Assembly: GCA_045837725.1 (NCBI GenBank)
Contig: JBEWZL010000006.1
Span: 186,001 to 250,000 of the forward strand
Origin: Vermamoeba vermiformis
Lineage: Eukaryota
DNA length: 64,000 bases
Reading direction: 5' to 3'
The notes below the pieces were generated by a model that saw only the letters and a list, made by a program, of their open reading frames with translations, ran no database searches and was not told the DNA's origin. The position numbers were made by a program, and so were the translations under genes. How positions within the stretch are numbered: the stretch's first letter is position 1; each line of letters starts with the position of its first letter. Positions 52,101-64,000 of the stretch are shown in pieces.

Positions 52101-52637
52101 ACGTTGGTGATTGGTAAAGAGGCTCAAAGTGACTACCCTGACACGCTCTTATGGACTTTGAATTACACGGACGTGTTCGCTGACGCAGAAAACGGCGACT
52201 TTTCACTGAAAGCTGGCAGCCCGTATAAGAATGCGGCCACGGATGGCACGGATATTGGTTATAATAAGGAGAGATATGAATCTCTTCAAGGCTTCGTGAA
52301 GGACGTCAAGTCATCGGTGTCTGGATCCACAGTGACTATCACTTTCAACGCTCCTGATAACCAGCCGTGCCATATTGATATCTTCCAAAATGGTCAATTC
52401 GTGACTCGTGTGATTAATACCAGCAATCAGCGCAGTCAGTCAGTATCAAAAGAGTTGGCAAATGGAGACTACGAGTACTACGTGCTCTGTGCCGTATATC
52501 AACCTGGACCTAATGCGTTTACTATCAACAATCCAAACGCACCAGGAAGTGCTTCTGTTGGTAGCTCTTTGAATTCTTTGAGCGTTAGTTTGTTGAGTAT
52601 TTTGGTCTTCACCTTTGAATTCCTATTCATCCACTAA
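49195..52637 (+). CDS. Secreted/GPI-type parallel beta-helix (pectin-lyase-like) protein with FN3-like N-terminus
   Basis: Signal peptide; ARILWQTDVASSTYIKYG (FN3-like); GLQALINKAKWGDTI; HHIVIDRC; IDRNYF; GNRFENNW; ANNLF; HNT; GDFSLKAGSPYKNAATDGTDIG; hydrophobic C-terminus. Confidence 0.7.
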
Positions 52638-52842
52638 GAGGAAAGAATGAAAGTTAACTGACTCGTTCTTCTGCATTAGAAAGTATCACTATTAGTATAG
52701 TTGTGTTAAAGAATAGCGCGACATTAATAAATTGAACATTCGTTGATGAAATTCTTTGAAAGAATAAGGGACAAATAAAAGTTATGTCCCTAACACGGCG
52801 TATTTATTATCAAATAGCAAAGAAGCTAAACATCACATAGCA

Positions 52843-53481
52843 ATGGATTCCCTAACCAGACAAATTCAGCAACGGAAGAGGCTCGCCGCGCCAACACCAG
52901 ATCCAATTCGGTTCGCAGTCTCGGTCCTGAACAATGCATGGGCGTTAAAGAAGTGGCAGGTTAAAATGCAGGTCTCTATGAAAAGCTACATTCAGAAGGT
53001 ATTGGGCAGCATATCACAGATTTTCAACGCCGGAGCCAAACTGTTAGCGGATTCAAATCATCCGCGGATGCACCGCTTAATGAAGAAATTGGTGTCAGAA
53101 AAGGATAGATGTGATTTGGCTCTCAAGTAAGTCGAATGATAGCGGTGATTTTATTGTGAATTAAGAGAATTTCCACCAACACGGCGGTTTGGATCAAAAT
53201 TTTTTCAATTCTTTCAATTGTGATTCGCACGTGACTTACAATGATTCATATCTAGACGAAGAAAGGAACAAATGGACAGTTTGATAACGCAAGTGATGAG
53301 GTGCTCGGGGAATAATTCAATTCTTAAACAAAAAGTGCTGGATCTTCTGCAAGTTATGCGCCGTCCAGCTTTGCCCGACCTAGGCTTTATTTACCGAGCG
53401 GTTGGCAGAAAAATACCAGGAAATAAGATGCGTACAAAGTTGCCTTTTCGTATCAAAGACGATAACAATTCAATGCAATAA
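52843..53481 (+). CDS. Hypothetical basic protein, two exons
   Basis: ORFs at 52843 and 53272 join in frame through the GT-AG intron 53127-53255. Confidence 0.45.
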
Positions 53482-53985
53482 AAAGAACGCTTGCTTAACT
53501 ATAATACTTATACTTATTACGGAGAATACCCCTTAGCAATTATTATAGTGTTGGAAATAAGACTGCTTTCGCGAGATAGCGGATCCTGGGTCAGATTTAA
53601 CTTCGAAGTTAAAAATGCAACAATAAATTCAATATTTTCTATCAATACTGCGGCAATAATTGTACCATTTTTTTCGTAAATAAATACAATTTTTAATATG
53701 TAAATCGTTACTAACCATCGATCGGCAGTTTCACATCAAAGCTGTCCCCCAGCAATACTTCTTATTCTGAACCAATATGAATATATGTATAAGTAATTAT
53801 ATAATATTAGTTTTTCATTAGTGGCAGTGTGCGGTGTTTGCGTCAAACAATGGCCGTAAAACGGCTCGAGCTAGAAATTTGTTTGTTGCTCTCTTTTGCC
53901 CAGCTGTCCACAATAGGCACAATTGAACAATATTGTATATTTTATTTATTTATTTATTATTGGGTCTAACGAGCTAAACTGAATC

Positions 53986-56900
53986 ATGGAAGCCAATATC
54001 CCTTCAGATCTTGAGGTAGCCGCCCTGTTTTTTGTTTTTTTAAATATGATTATAAATAACAAATACAGACATTAGAAATTGCTTAACAATAATGGTTATA
54101 TTTACCTAGCCGATGCATCCGGTTCAATTTCGAAAAAAGTTTAAATTTTTGCTGCAATAGATATTAAAATAATAAATTATAATATATTAGGATAAATTGG
54201 TCGTCTATGTACATGATTTGCCAGCTTCAATTACAGAAGAGCGCGTTAGAGAAATATTTTCAAATTCTGGCACGATCGCGCGACTTGAATTAAGGAGGTA
54301 AGGGCTTAAAAATATACTAATCATATAAATAAGTATTAACAGCGTATTACTATATTTACTCATGTTATTGTGAATATTCGGCTGACAGATCAATTTTTTT
54401 TAAGTGACGAGAGTTCGATCGACAAGAAAATAGCAGTTATTCATTTTTCATCAGCCCGAGGAGTTCATGCAGCACTATTAATGACCCGAGACCCGAATAA
54501 TTATGATTTGGCGTTTTCTGTAAGCAAACAATTACGCAATGGTGTCAGCCCGAACAAACCCACATCCGTTCCCACGTTGAAATTGCCGGCAATGAGGCAC
54601 AAACGACGATTAGTAAGTAAAATATATGAATATACTCGTTAATTACGTAATTTATAATATTACGCGATATCTAAAGTAAACTAAAGAAATTTCGGATCGG
54701 GTTAAAATTTATTTTTGTAATGTTCCCTTCGTAATTACTATAATACTCATATTTATGTACTATTATAGACATGTATTAATATATTATCTAGTCTCAAGGA
54801 GATGTTATGTTTGAAGTTCGTACTGTCTACTCAAACATCGAAAAAGTTATGGACTTGATAACAGTGCATACTTTGCTGGAATTTTTAACCAAAAATGGAT
54901 ATGCTTGCGATGAAGATCAAGTGCGCGAGATATTTTTGGAAAGTTTTAAACCGAAGAACTCACGCGGTATGTTTTGGATCAACAGATCTTTTTACGCACA
55001 ACCGGATCTCCATTTCATCAGGTTATGCTATCAGCACGATGAATTTTAATATTAAAACTTTCATCATAATTAGTAGATAATATGCTGATTTGATACCGAC
55101 AAAATAATCGATCTGCATCCGCTAAACTTTTTATCCGCAGGTGTGACTTACGATGAGTTTGTGACCGGATTTGTATCATATATCAAAGCAGGTGCGTAGC
55201 ATAATATACTATTACTCTAAATAACTAACCATGCCATTAGTTCAAAAACTACCGTTGCGTAAAGATCGACAACGAAAACGAACTTTGTCACGACAAAAAT
55301 CTCTTCGTGAAGAATTGCAGGAGCAAAAAAATGTAAGTCTAGTTAATAATATCACAAATATTATATTATTAGAGGCGTATTATAAGTTCGATTTTGCCAA
55401 AGTAAGATGGATCTGATCTGTTTCTGTAGTTGCAAGAGCAGCTTGAAAAAAGAGCGAGTTTTCAGAAGTTAGTGTCACTATTAGGAGCCGATGAACAAGT
55501 GACAAGTGAATTCGAGACAATTTTATCAGCACGACGCCCAAAATCGCCACAGGCACCAGCGATGCTGACTTTGACTGATTCAAGCGAAGATTTCATGCTT
55601 TCGGTGTCACGTGATTTTAATACACCTGATACACCGACCTCAGCGAGCGATGAATTCAGACGATCGAAGATTACTGTCCGGACTTACGATGAACCAAAGG
55701 AGCCTGAGTACAGCGAAGACGAAATTCCGCAAACAGCCGTCGTTCATGAACGAGCAGAAGAAGCTAAAAACACTGTTAATGATAGTAACAATAATCTTGC
55801 GGACAATGAACCGAGTTATTTGGCCCCGACTGCGGTCAAAGTCAAGGGCATTGAACCCATCAACACCGATGTGCCATCACCATATTTGGGCATCAAGTCA
55901 TCGGATAGTGCTACAAATCTGTTGCCAGGCAGTCCTAGCCCCACTAACATGCCACCGTACTTCAACTTTGATGACTACGTTAGCCGTGATGAGTTGAAGT
56001 TGATTGAAGAGGCGATTATGACGCTAAGACAGGACACTAAGCTCAATTTGGTTAAAGTGCGAAAAGCACTCGTGAAACATAACCTGCGCAACGAAGAGTT
56101 TGAAAAGTCATTGAAAGAGTTGAGAAATATTCTTGACGAGCAGCGGAATAATTCGAAAGAGACAGCTGACACTTTAGAAAAAGAATTCACTGAATTATGG
56201 CAATCTGTGGATATCCATTTGAAAGAGTTCAAAGTCGATTTGTTCAGCGAAGCTTCACGACAAATCGAAGAAAAATCACAAGAAAACTTTCACGCAAATG
56301 CGGAACAAATTGATTCACTGAACGAGCAAATCAAAGAATTGAAAGCTCAAATCAATAGGTAAGTTTTGTTTTCACTGAACTATTCATTCGTGAAAATATA
56401 CTAACGGTGTTTTTTCGTAGTTTCGATGTTCATCAATTGAAGCAAGACTTATTCGCTGAATTTAGCGAAAGAATTTTTTCGAAAGAAAATGAAAGTAACG
56501 CAATTGAAGAGTTAAAGAATGAGCTCGAATTGTTGCGCGAAGAAAACAAGTCTTTTAAAGACCAACTTGCGACGAATTCTTTGAGTGCCAATGAAACGAT
56601 TGAAGAGTTACGCAATGAGATTGAAAAGTTGAAACAACAAAACAAATCAGCGGTGGATGAGCAGCAAGAAAAAAACAACAAATTGTTTTGGGAAGTCGAA
56701 GAATTGCACAAAACAATGAATATTCTAACAAACGAAAACGAACAACTCAAGGGACAAATCAACACATCAATCCAACAAACCAAACAAGAAGTTTCACAAA
56801 TCAAATCAACAGATCAAACTTCGGAGTTGGAAAATCTCCGAACAGCGATCACACAATTGAAGCAAGAGAATAGCACCGCACAAGAGGAAAACAAAAAGAT

Positions 56901-58709
56901 TGCCAAAGAATACAATGATCATATCGAACGTTTAAAACAAGACCTTCAATCAAAACACGAACAAAATGAACGGTTGCGACTCGAGCTAGAGGCATCAGTG
57001 AAGTCGGAAGTCGAGCAAATGAAGCTGCAAGTTGACCAATCAGCGAGCAGCAACAAAAAGTTTGAAACCGAATTGAACGAGCTGAAGCAACAGAACGAGG
57101 TCATGCGAAACCAAATCGAAGCATCAAACAGCGAGATCGAGTCCTTGAAGAAGACAAGCGAGGCTTTAAATAGCGCAATTGAGACCGTCAAATCCGAATT
57201 AGTATCAAACAAATCACTAGAAGCAGACTTGGGAGTAGCCGTTGATTCTGGCAGACATCAACACGATGAAGTTGTTAGTAAGGTCAAGGACGTTGAAGCC
57301 ACTGTTCAATTGTTGCGTGAAGAGCTCAAGCAACAACAGAACATGGCGCCAGTCACTTCAGTCATTACAAACAACGAAGAGCTGGAGCTTAAGTTCAACG
57401 CACTGCAGAGCACCGTTGATGAAATCAAGGAAAAAGCTGACCGGGCCATGGCATTCATGGACGCCGAGCAGCTAGACAATGAGTCTAACCGCGCCAATTT
57501 GCAAGAACTTCGTACGGCCCTCTCGGATCTGACCGAAAAGCAAAAGAAAAGCGAGGAGTCAGCGCTGGCTAAATTAGCAAATTTGGAGACAAGAGCATCG
57601 TTAGACCGTCAAGCCTTTGAAGAGTTCAAATCAGCGACTGACAAACAGTTGCAAGGTCTGGATTACAAAGCACTGATTGACACGCTAAGTCGTCGCGTGG
57701 ACACAGTGCAAGAGTCGTTCAGCAAGTTTGAAGCAGGTTTCAAGCCCAATGTTCTCGCGCTAATTGATGCGCACCAAGCGTTGACATCTGTCAACGAAGC
57801 CTGTCAAAAGCTCAACTCCAAGTACGACAAGCTGGACGACACTGTGCAACACGTGTCAAAATCTGTTGACGCGAACAACATGACCCTCGATAACTTCACG
57901 AAGCAATTGAAGTCCGTTGAAAGCAACAAGCTCCCTGTAGCTAAGTTCGACGAATTCGTCGCTACTGATTGGAACTCGCACGTCAAATCGCTTGGTGAAT
58001 TACAGACCCTTGTCAAGTCATTGTGTGAAACTGTGAAAAATTCAGTCACGTTCGGCAGCGACTCGCCACACGATCAGACACGAGAGATCAAGTACGAAGA
58101 GGAATTTAACTTGACTGCGAAGAAGAGCACGACACTGGTGCAATCAATTCGCACGAACAACAACAATGGGCCTCATAATCAGCACAATAGAGCTGGTCAA
58201 ATGGACCGAATGAGCAAAGTTTTCAACAAGTTTTTGGCGGGAACTGGCGTTGGATTAGCAGCCGGGTTGATGTCGCAGTTAATTCTGGTGGACAAGTCAG
58301 CCAGTGCTCAAGAGTAAGTACTAGCCAAAAGCTATTATATGACGTTGTAGCTAACTATATTTACTTTATTAGTGCCAGGCAAATCCTCCGCAAGATTGTC
58401 CAGACAGGCCTGTCTTTTGGCATTTTGATCGGCCTATCAAAAATAACCTCGCATGCACTACATTCGCTGCACTTGTTCAGCGGCACAGCGAAGGACAGCC
58501 AGCAACAAAAGAGCATCACTTCAAAGACGGCCATAACCTCGCAGTTCTTAGGCTATAATCTCGTCGGATCGCTATTTGCTAGCGTTTGTTTGACGGGTCT
58601 AAGTGGTCAATGGAACGTAGTGACTAGATCCACTTTAATTGGCACCTGCTCAGCACTGATGTTCCATATTTGTTTGCGACTGCGAAAAAGACGTAGTGTT
58701 CATTTTTAA
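53986..58709 (+). CDS. Large protein: RRM-like and EF-hand-like N-terminus, long coiled coil, hydrophobic C-terminus
   Basis: RLYVHDLPASITEERVREIFSNSGTI (RRM-like); VTYDEFVTGF (EF-hand-like); about 700 aa of heptads (55990-58050); hydrophobic segments at 58230-58680. Confidence 0.65.
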
Positions 58710-59717
58710 GTAGTACTTGTACGATAAATCTTCGTTCGCGTTTAAACGGTGCTGGATCAGTAACCTTTTTTTTTGTATTCCCGCGACAACACACGACGGC
58801 AATTTCTTTTTTTTTTTGTTACGGCAATGTAACCTATGGTAAGCTTCGCGCTGGGAGACTATCCTGACTGAGCATTCAGTAATTATTTTCAAATAACGTT
58901 CATTTTGTAAATCTACACTCCAGAATTTTTTAAAGCCTAAAAGAAATTATTTTCGTGTACACAAGCTCAAGAACGGACTTTTGAATACAGAATTGCCGGC
59001 AAATAATTTTTGTGCAAATAATTTTCGCATCTGTGGAGCTATTGACTAACAAACTGTTCTAGGAATAACCTGAATTAGTACGGAAATTATACGCACGATG
59101 ACTATCATTTAGACAATGAGTCACAAAGACGGTAGTTAATATGCTAAAGTGCTGCTGAAAAGTTCGAAGTTGTCGCTTTAATTTCCACACAGCGAATAGT
59201 ATACTGACCTAATGCAGCGGAGTACCGAAGCAAGCCGTGAGATTCTACAGCATTGCCAACGAGAAAAGCAGAGGATGCATCCCTTTAGATTAGTACCTCA
59301 ATGACGAATAGGCGTTTTGGAAGTTAGTACCCAAAGGTCTATTGCTTTGTGAGGTCAGAAGCGAGATCTACTGCTTGTTGCTATTCATCTGCCATCTCAT
59401 CCGGTGCTGCATCGGAACTGATACTGTCAAAGTGTCACTTGAGGGAGCATGTTCTGTTCGCCCTCACGGAAGCAACGAGGATGTGGATCGATCATTTGAT
59501 GTCAAATAATGCAGCAGAGCACTCAATCAAACCACAAATACGAGTAGAAATGCTTCCGTGGAATAGTCGTTAAATTCCCGGTAGTCGGCGCTAAGTCGAA
59601 AATAATCACGAAAGTTCGTTCCGTTGGTGAATTACAAGTCGCTTGTCATCGGTTAGCTCATTTGCAAATTGTGTTTCATCCGTAGAAGAGGTCGATATAG
59701 TGAAACTCTGCGACACA

Positions 59718-62700
59718 ATGGGCGAGCTATTTAGATCCGAAGAAATGACTTTGGTGCAGCTCTTTGTGCAAATCGAAGCTGCGCATGATACAGTAGATGA
59801 ATTAGGTCAATTAGGGCTCGTTCAATTCCGAGACGTAAGTATAAGAAGCTTAATGATATAAGTATATAAGTAAACTACAGGTTTCCTCTTTAGGAAATTA
59901 AAGAAATTTATTCATTGAATCCGATTATTATTATTATAGTTGAATAGCCAAGTCAATGCCTTTCAAAGAAACTTCTCTAGCGAAGTCAAGCGAACGGACG
60001 AAGTGCTCAGGAAACTCAATAACTTTGCGAATGAAATCGATAGCGCTAATACCAAACTGGCGGAAGAAAAAGCTCCGTTGATCGTAGTACAGGAAGGAGG
60101 CGAACCTCTCGTGGAGCTTCAATTGGACGAATTAGAGGTAAGATTTCATTTTTAACGACATCCAGAAAAAGATGACGAAAAGTCGAAAATCAGCCGATGC
60201 AAAGTTGACAATTTACGACATTATTTGCGATCTTTGATGGTATTCAATAACATTTGTTGATTTAGGCTAAGGTTGAGGACCTAGACAAAGAGCTCGAGCA
60301 GTTCAAAAATAACTACGATAATTTGGAGAGATCTTACAATGAGTTGGTGGAACTCAAACACGTCTTGGAGAAGAGCAATAACTTTTTCGCTGAGGTACCT
60401 TACACTTTATGAATCGTTCGGAAAAATGCGAGTGGATCGGCGGATCGAGTGTGGATTCGACCTTTCCCTCATGCCCAATGAATGCATAGGCTAATAATCC
60501 TTGTTAGGTCGCTTATGACAAGATTGGCAACACTACTGATAGAGCTCGTTTAATAAGCGATGAAGAATCCCAAGTGCGCAGCACATCTAGCGGGATCAAG
60601 CTCGGTTACGTGACGGGTGTGGTACCTCGCACCAAGTTTTCCGTCTTTGAACGAGTATTGTTCCGTGCTACTCGCGGTAATCTTTACATGAAGTACGCTG
60701 AAATCGAAGAACAATTGCTCGACAACGACCGTCAGCCAGTCTTCAAGAATGTATTCATCATTTTCTTCCAAGTACGTCCTAATATTATTTAATTCATTAT
60801 TTTACAAGAAATTCTAATATTATTTTTTGTTTAGGGCGAACACTTGCAAACAAAGATCAAAAAGATTTGCGAGTCATTTGGATCTCGTTTACACGAATGC
60901 CCTGAGTCCGCAAACGAAAGGTGCGTATGATATAACAATATATTAGCTCTTAATATTAAATCTAATCGTTTGAGAAGACGAGATCTGGCCCAACAAGTGC
61001 GGTTCAAGCTCGATGACTTGAAAATTGTTGTTTCTCGCACACAAGAGCACCGTCGCAATTTATTATCGGGCATTGCTTTGCACTTGGAAAGCTGGCGAAA
61101 CAAAGTGACCAAAGAAAAGTGGATCTACCACACGATGAACTTGTTCAACTACGACTTGGGTCATAAGTGCTTAATAGCTGAAGGCTGGTGTCCAAAGAGC
61201 TCGATCGAAGACGTTCAATTGTCTTTGCGCCTTGCTCGTGAACGCAGCGGAGCACTCGTCCCTTCAATTTTGAACATTCTGCGTACCAAAGAGACACCAC
61301 CAACGTACTTCAAAACGAACAAGTTCACGGCAGTCTATCAAGATATTGTCGACGCCTACGGTGTGGCAAGATATCGCGAGGTCAATCCAGCGGTGTTCAG
61401 CATGGTCACATTTCCGTTCTTGTTTGCTGTCATGTTCGGCGACGTCGGCCACGGTCTCGTGATGTTTGCAGCTGCGGTCTATTTGCTCACCAAGGAGAGA
61501 GAATACGAGGGCAAGAAGCTTAACGAGGTACGTCGTAGATATTTGTGTCAAGCAAAAATTTCACATGTCAAAGTGTCAAAGTGTCAAATGCTAACCCTCA
61601 TTCACGATAGATGGTCGCCATGGTATTCAATGGTCGCTATCTGCTCCTATTGATGAGCATCTTCTCTATTTACATCGGTTTGATCTACAACGAATTCCTT
61701 TCAGTGCCGATGAACCTCTTTGGCACGAACTGGGAAATTGATCCTGAATACGGCGATGGCCGTCATTATCGCCTTATTGATATGAACCGAACTTATCCCT
61801 TTGGTGTTGACCCTGTCTGGAAGGTACGGAACTTGCAATCATTGGATATTTCCTTTTATGGCAAGTCACTTACGTTAAATCTTTTTGTAGGGTGCTGAGA
61901 ACGAGTTAGGCTACTACAACTCGTTGAAGATGAAGATGTCAATTCTTCTCGGCGTCACACAAATGTTGCTCGGTCTGTTCATGAAGCTCTTGAACGCCAT
62001 TTACTTCCGTTCAGGCCTCGACATTGCCTTCGAATTCATACCACAATTGATCTTCATGCTCTCTATCTTTGGCTACCTCTGCTTCCTTATCTTGTTCAAA
62101 TGGTTCTTGCCGTACATGCACTACGACATTATTAGCGCCGGCGAGCCTGTGGACCATACTTGTGCTCCTGATTTGGGCAAACTTGGTTGCTCGCCTGCTG
62201 GCACTCAATGCGCTCCTGCCTTGCTGAACGTGTTGATTTACATGTTCTTGGCCCCAACGGACGAATGTGCCTCGAAGAACTTGTTCCCGGCCCAAAAAAC
62301 CGTTCAACTTGTGCTGATCGTGCTCGCTTTGGTCTCCATTCCTGTCATGTTGCTTGTGAAGCCATTGGTCCTGCGCTACAGACACAACAAGAGCAAAGCT
62401 GCCTATGAAATAGTGCGCGATGACGATCTGATTATCAACAAGCAAAATGACCACGATGACTTGCACTCTGCAAGCGAGTCCAAAGATGAAAAATCATCGC
62501 AGGGTACCGGCACCGGCGGTCACGGCCACGGTCACGATGACGAAGAATTTGAATTCGGTGAAGTGATGATTCATCAACTGATCGAAACAATTGAATTCGT
62601 ACTGTCATCGGTGTCCAACACTGCCTCGTACTTGCGTCTTTGGGCGCTGTCCCTGGCTCATTCCGAACTGTCCACAGTGTTCTGGGACATGCTGCTCGTC

Positions 62701-62922
62701 AAGACCATCAAGTCGCAGTGGTACTATGCCTTATTTGGCATCGCTGTGTGGATCGGCGTGACTGTCATCGTGCTCATGTGCATGGAGTCGTTGTCCGCGT
62801 TCTTGCACGCATTGCGATTGCATTGGGTCGAGTACATGAACAAGTTCTACAAAGGCGATGGCAAGAAGTTTGTGCCGTTCTCTTACAACGCCATTTTGTC
62901 TGGTGAAGCGAACGACCAATAA
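59718..62922 (+). CDS. ATP6V0A: V-type ATPase V0 subunit a
   Basis: [43 protein letters not shown]...YREVNP...[34 protein letters not shown]. Confidence 0.97.
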
Positions 62923-63050
62923 TACCCTGTAGCACCAATAAGGAAATTCTAATCCTCACCAAAACATTTTCGACATAAAATTTCAGTTTCGGACAATTTA
63001 ATCGAATTTGAATTTTGTGAAAAATGATTTAATTACGTATAGTTTATGAA

Positions 63051-64000
63051 CTAATAATAGATGGCTTCAATTTCATACAACTTGGGCAATTTTTCGAATA
63101 TTTTTTGTTGATCCAATCGAAATTCTTTCTCTGAATCCATCGTCACTGCCAAATACTGCAAAGATGTCAAAAGTGTCAAGTTTTCTAATGGCTTGGAATC
63201 ACGCACATCTAAATCCAACCACGTCAATTTGTTCAAATTAGTCCACGTTTCCATATTTGCATTGGCGTTGATGTGCAGCGTCAAATTTTCCAAGTTTGTT
63301 AATTGACCAATCGCATTGCACATTTGGGGAGAGGCATCAAGCAATGATAATAGTGTCAAGTGTTGAAAATTTGTGAGTGCATTGACCATATTTGGAGTAT
63401 CTGGTATTTGAGACAATTGTTCCAAATTTGTCAATAGAACGAGATCTGAAAACGCCACCGGTCCTGGTTTTGCTGAAATCGATTTTAAGGAGGTCATTTT
63501 GGATGCGTCTTCGAAAGTCACGTTGCCTCTCAATGCTGCAATCTCGGTTAATCTCGCCAAAGCAGTTGAAATATTCACTGAAACGTTGTTGCCCGCCTGG
63601 AAAAATTTTACTTCGAGATCCACCAAATTTGTCAATGAATTGATAGCTGCAGCTAATTGTGTTGCATCAAATTTGCCTTCGATATGTAATCTGAGGTATT
63701 CAAGCTTTGTAAATCTCGCTAGTTCGTTGAAATAATTGGATCCAGTTTCTTCATCGATAATTGTCAATGAATTAATGATCAGCTCTTGCAGCCCATTTGA
63801 TTTGATATAAGAGAACAGCTCTTTTCTTTCCGCTTCAGGCCATGATTCGTTGAAATTGATTCGCAGAAATCCCAAATTAGTTAACTTTGACATGTGACGC
63901 GGTGGCACATCCGTAACTGACAAAGAGGTCAGATGAGCTGGATATTCGTCAATATCATGGGCTGTGATGCCAAGTGATTCTAAATTTGTCAATTTTCCGA
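63051..64000 (-). CDS. Leucine-rich-repeat protein, 3' part (start outside the window)
   Basis: Repeated LTNLxxLxL motifs over 313+ aa. Confidence 0.8.
   Translation of the reverse strand, partial: GKLTNLESLGITAHDIDEYPAHLTSLSVTDVPPRHMSKLTNLGFLRINFNESWPEAERKELFSYIKSNGLQELIINSLTIIDEETGSNYFNELARFTKLEYLRLHIEGKFDATQLAAAINSLTNLVDLEVKFFQAGNNVSVNISTALARLTEIAALRGNVTFEDASKMTSLKSISAKPGPVAFSDLVLLTNLEQLSQIPDTPNMVNALTNFQHLTLLSLLDASPQMCNAIGQLTNLENLTLHINANANMETWTNLNKLTWLDLDVRDSKPLENLTLLTSLQYLAVTMDSEKEFRLDQQKIFEKLPKLYEIEAIYY

Noticed and set aside
52849-52857. CCCTAACC as a telomerase template
   Set aside because: It lies in a plausible spliced ORF, is too short to be significant, and has no supporting structure.

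Overview
This is a gene-dense eukaryotic nuclear window, probably from a free-living protist (amoebozoan-like is my inference). It uses the standard code and has many short AT-rich GT-AG introns with CTAA-type branch points, so the ORF track splits most genes. I reconstruct about 26 protein genes: F-box (partial), DENN, RlmH, two tandem beta-propeller/EGF surface proteins, a G8/TMEM2-CEMIP-like protein, an ICMT/PEMT-family protein, Spg1/Tem1, Nup37, two LRR proteins, C2-ankyrin, AASS (LKR/SDH), Rab, a frameshifted Crinkler-like NTPase, two SAP proteins, GH99, Rad54-like, a beta-helix surface protein, V-ATPase subunit a and several hypotheticals. Main observations: (1) the three longest introns I could resolve each hold a co-oriented, T-run-terminated RNA unit: tRNA-Pro(AGG), a tRNA(CAT) plus 5S rRNA pair, and an unidentified ~240-nt structured RNA. 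(2) The tRNA-Pro host is an 8-exon, 594-aa fusion of a catalytically eroded NT5C-like HAD domain, a Pol-beta-type nucleotidyltransferase and an eroded Rnl1-like ligase domain. (3) A sharply CpG-depleted island covers the frameshifted Crinkler-like gene. (4) There is a 253-bp MITE, and possible intronization plus gene conversion in the tandem surface genes. All family calls come from motif recognition by eye; no database searches were run. Gene coordinates span the first to last coding exon.
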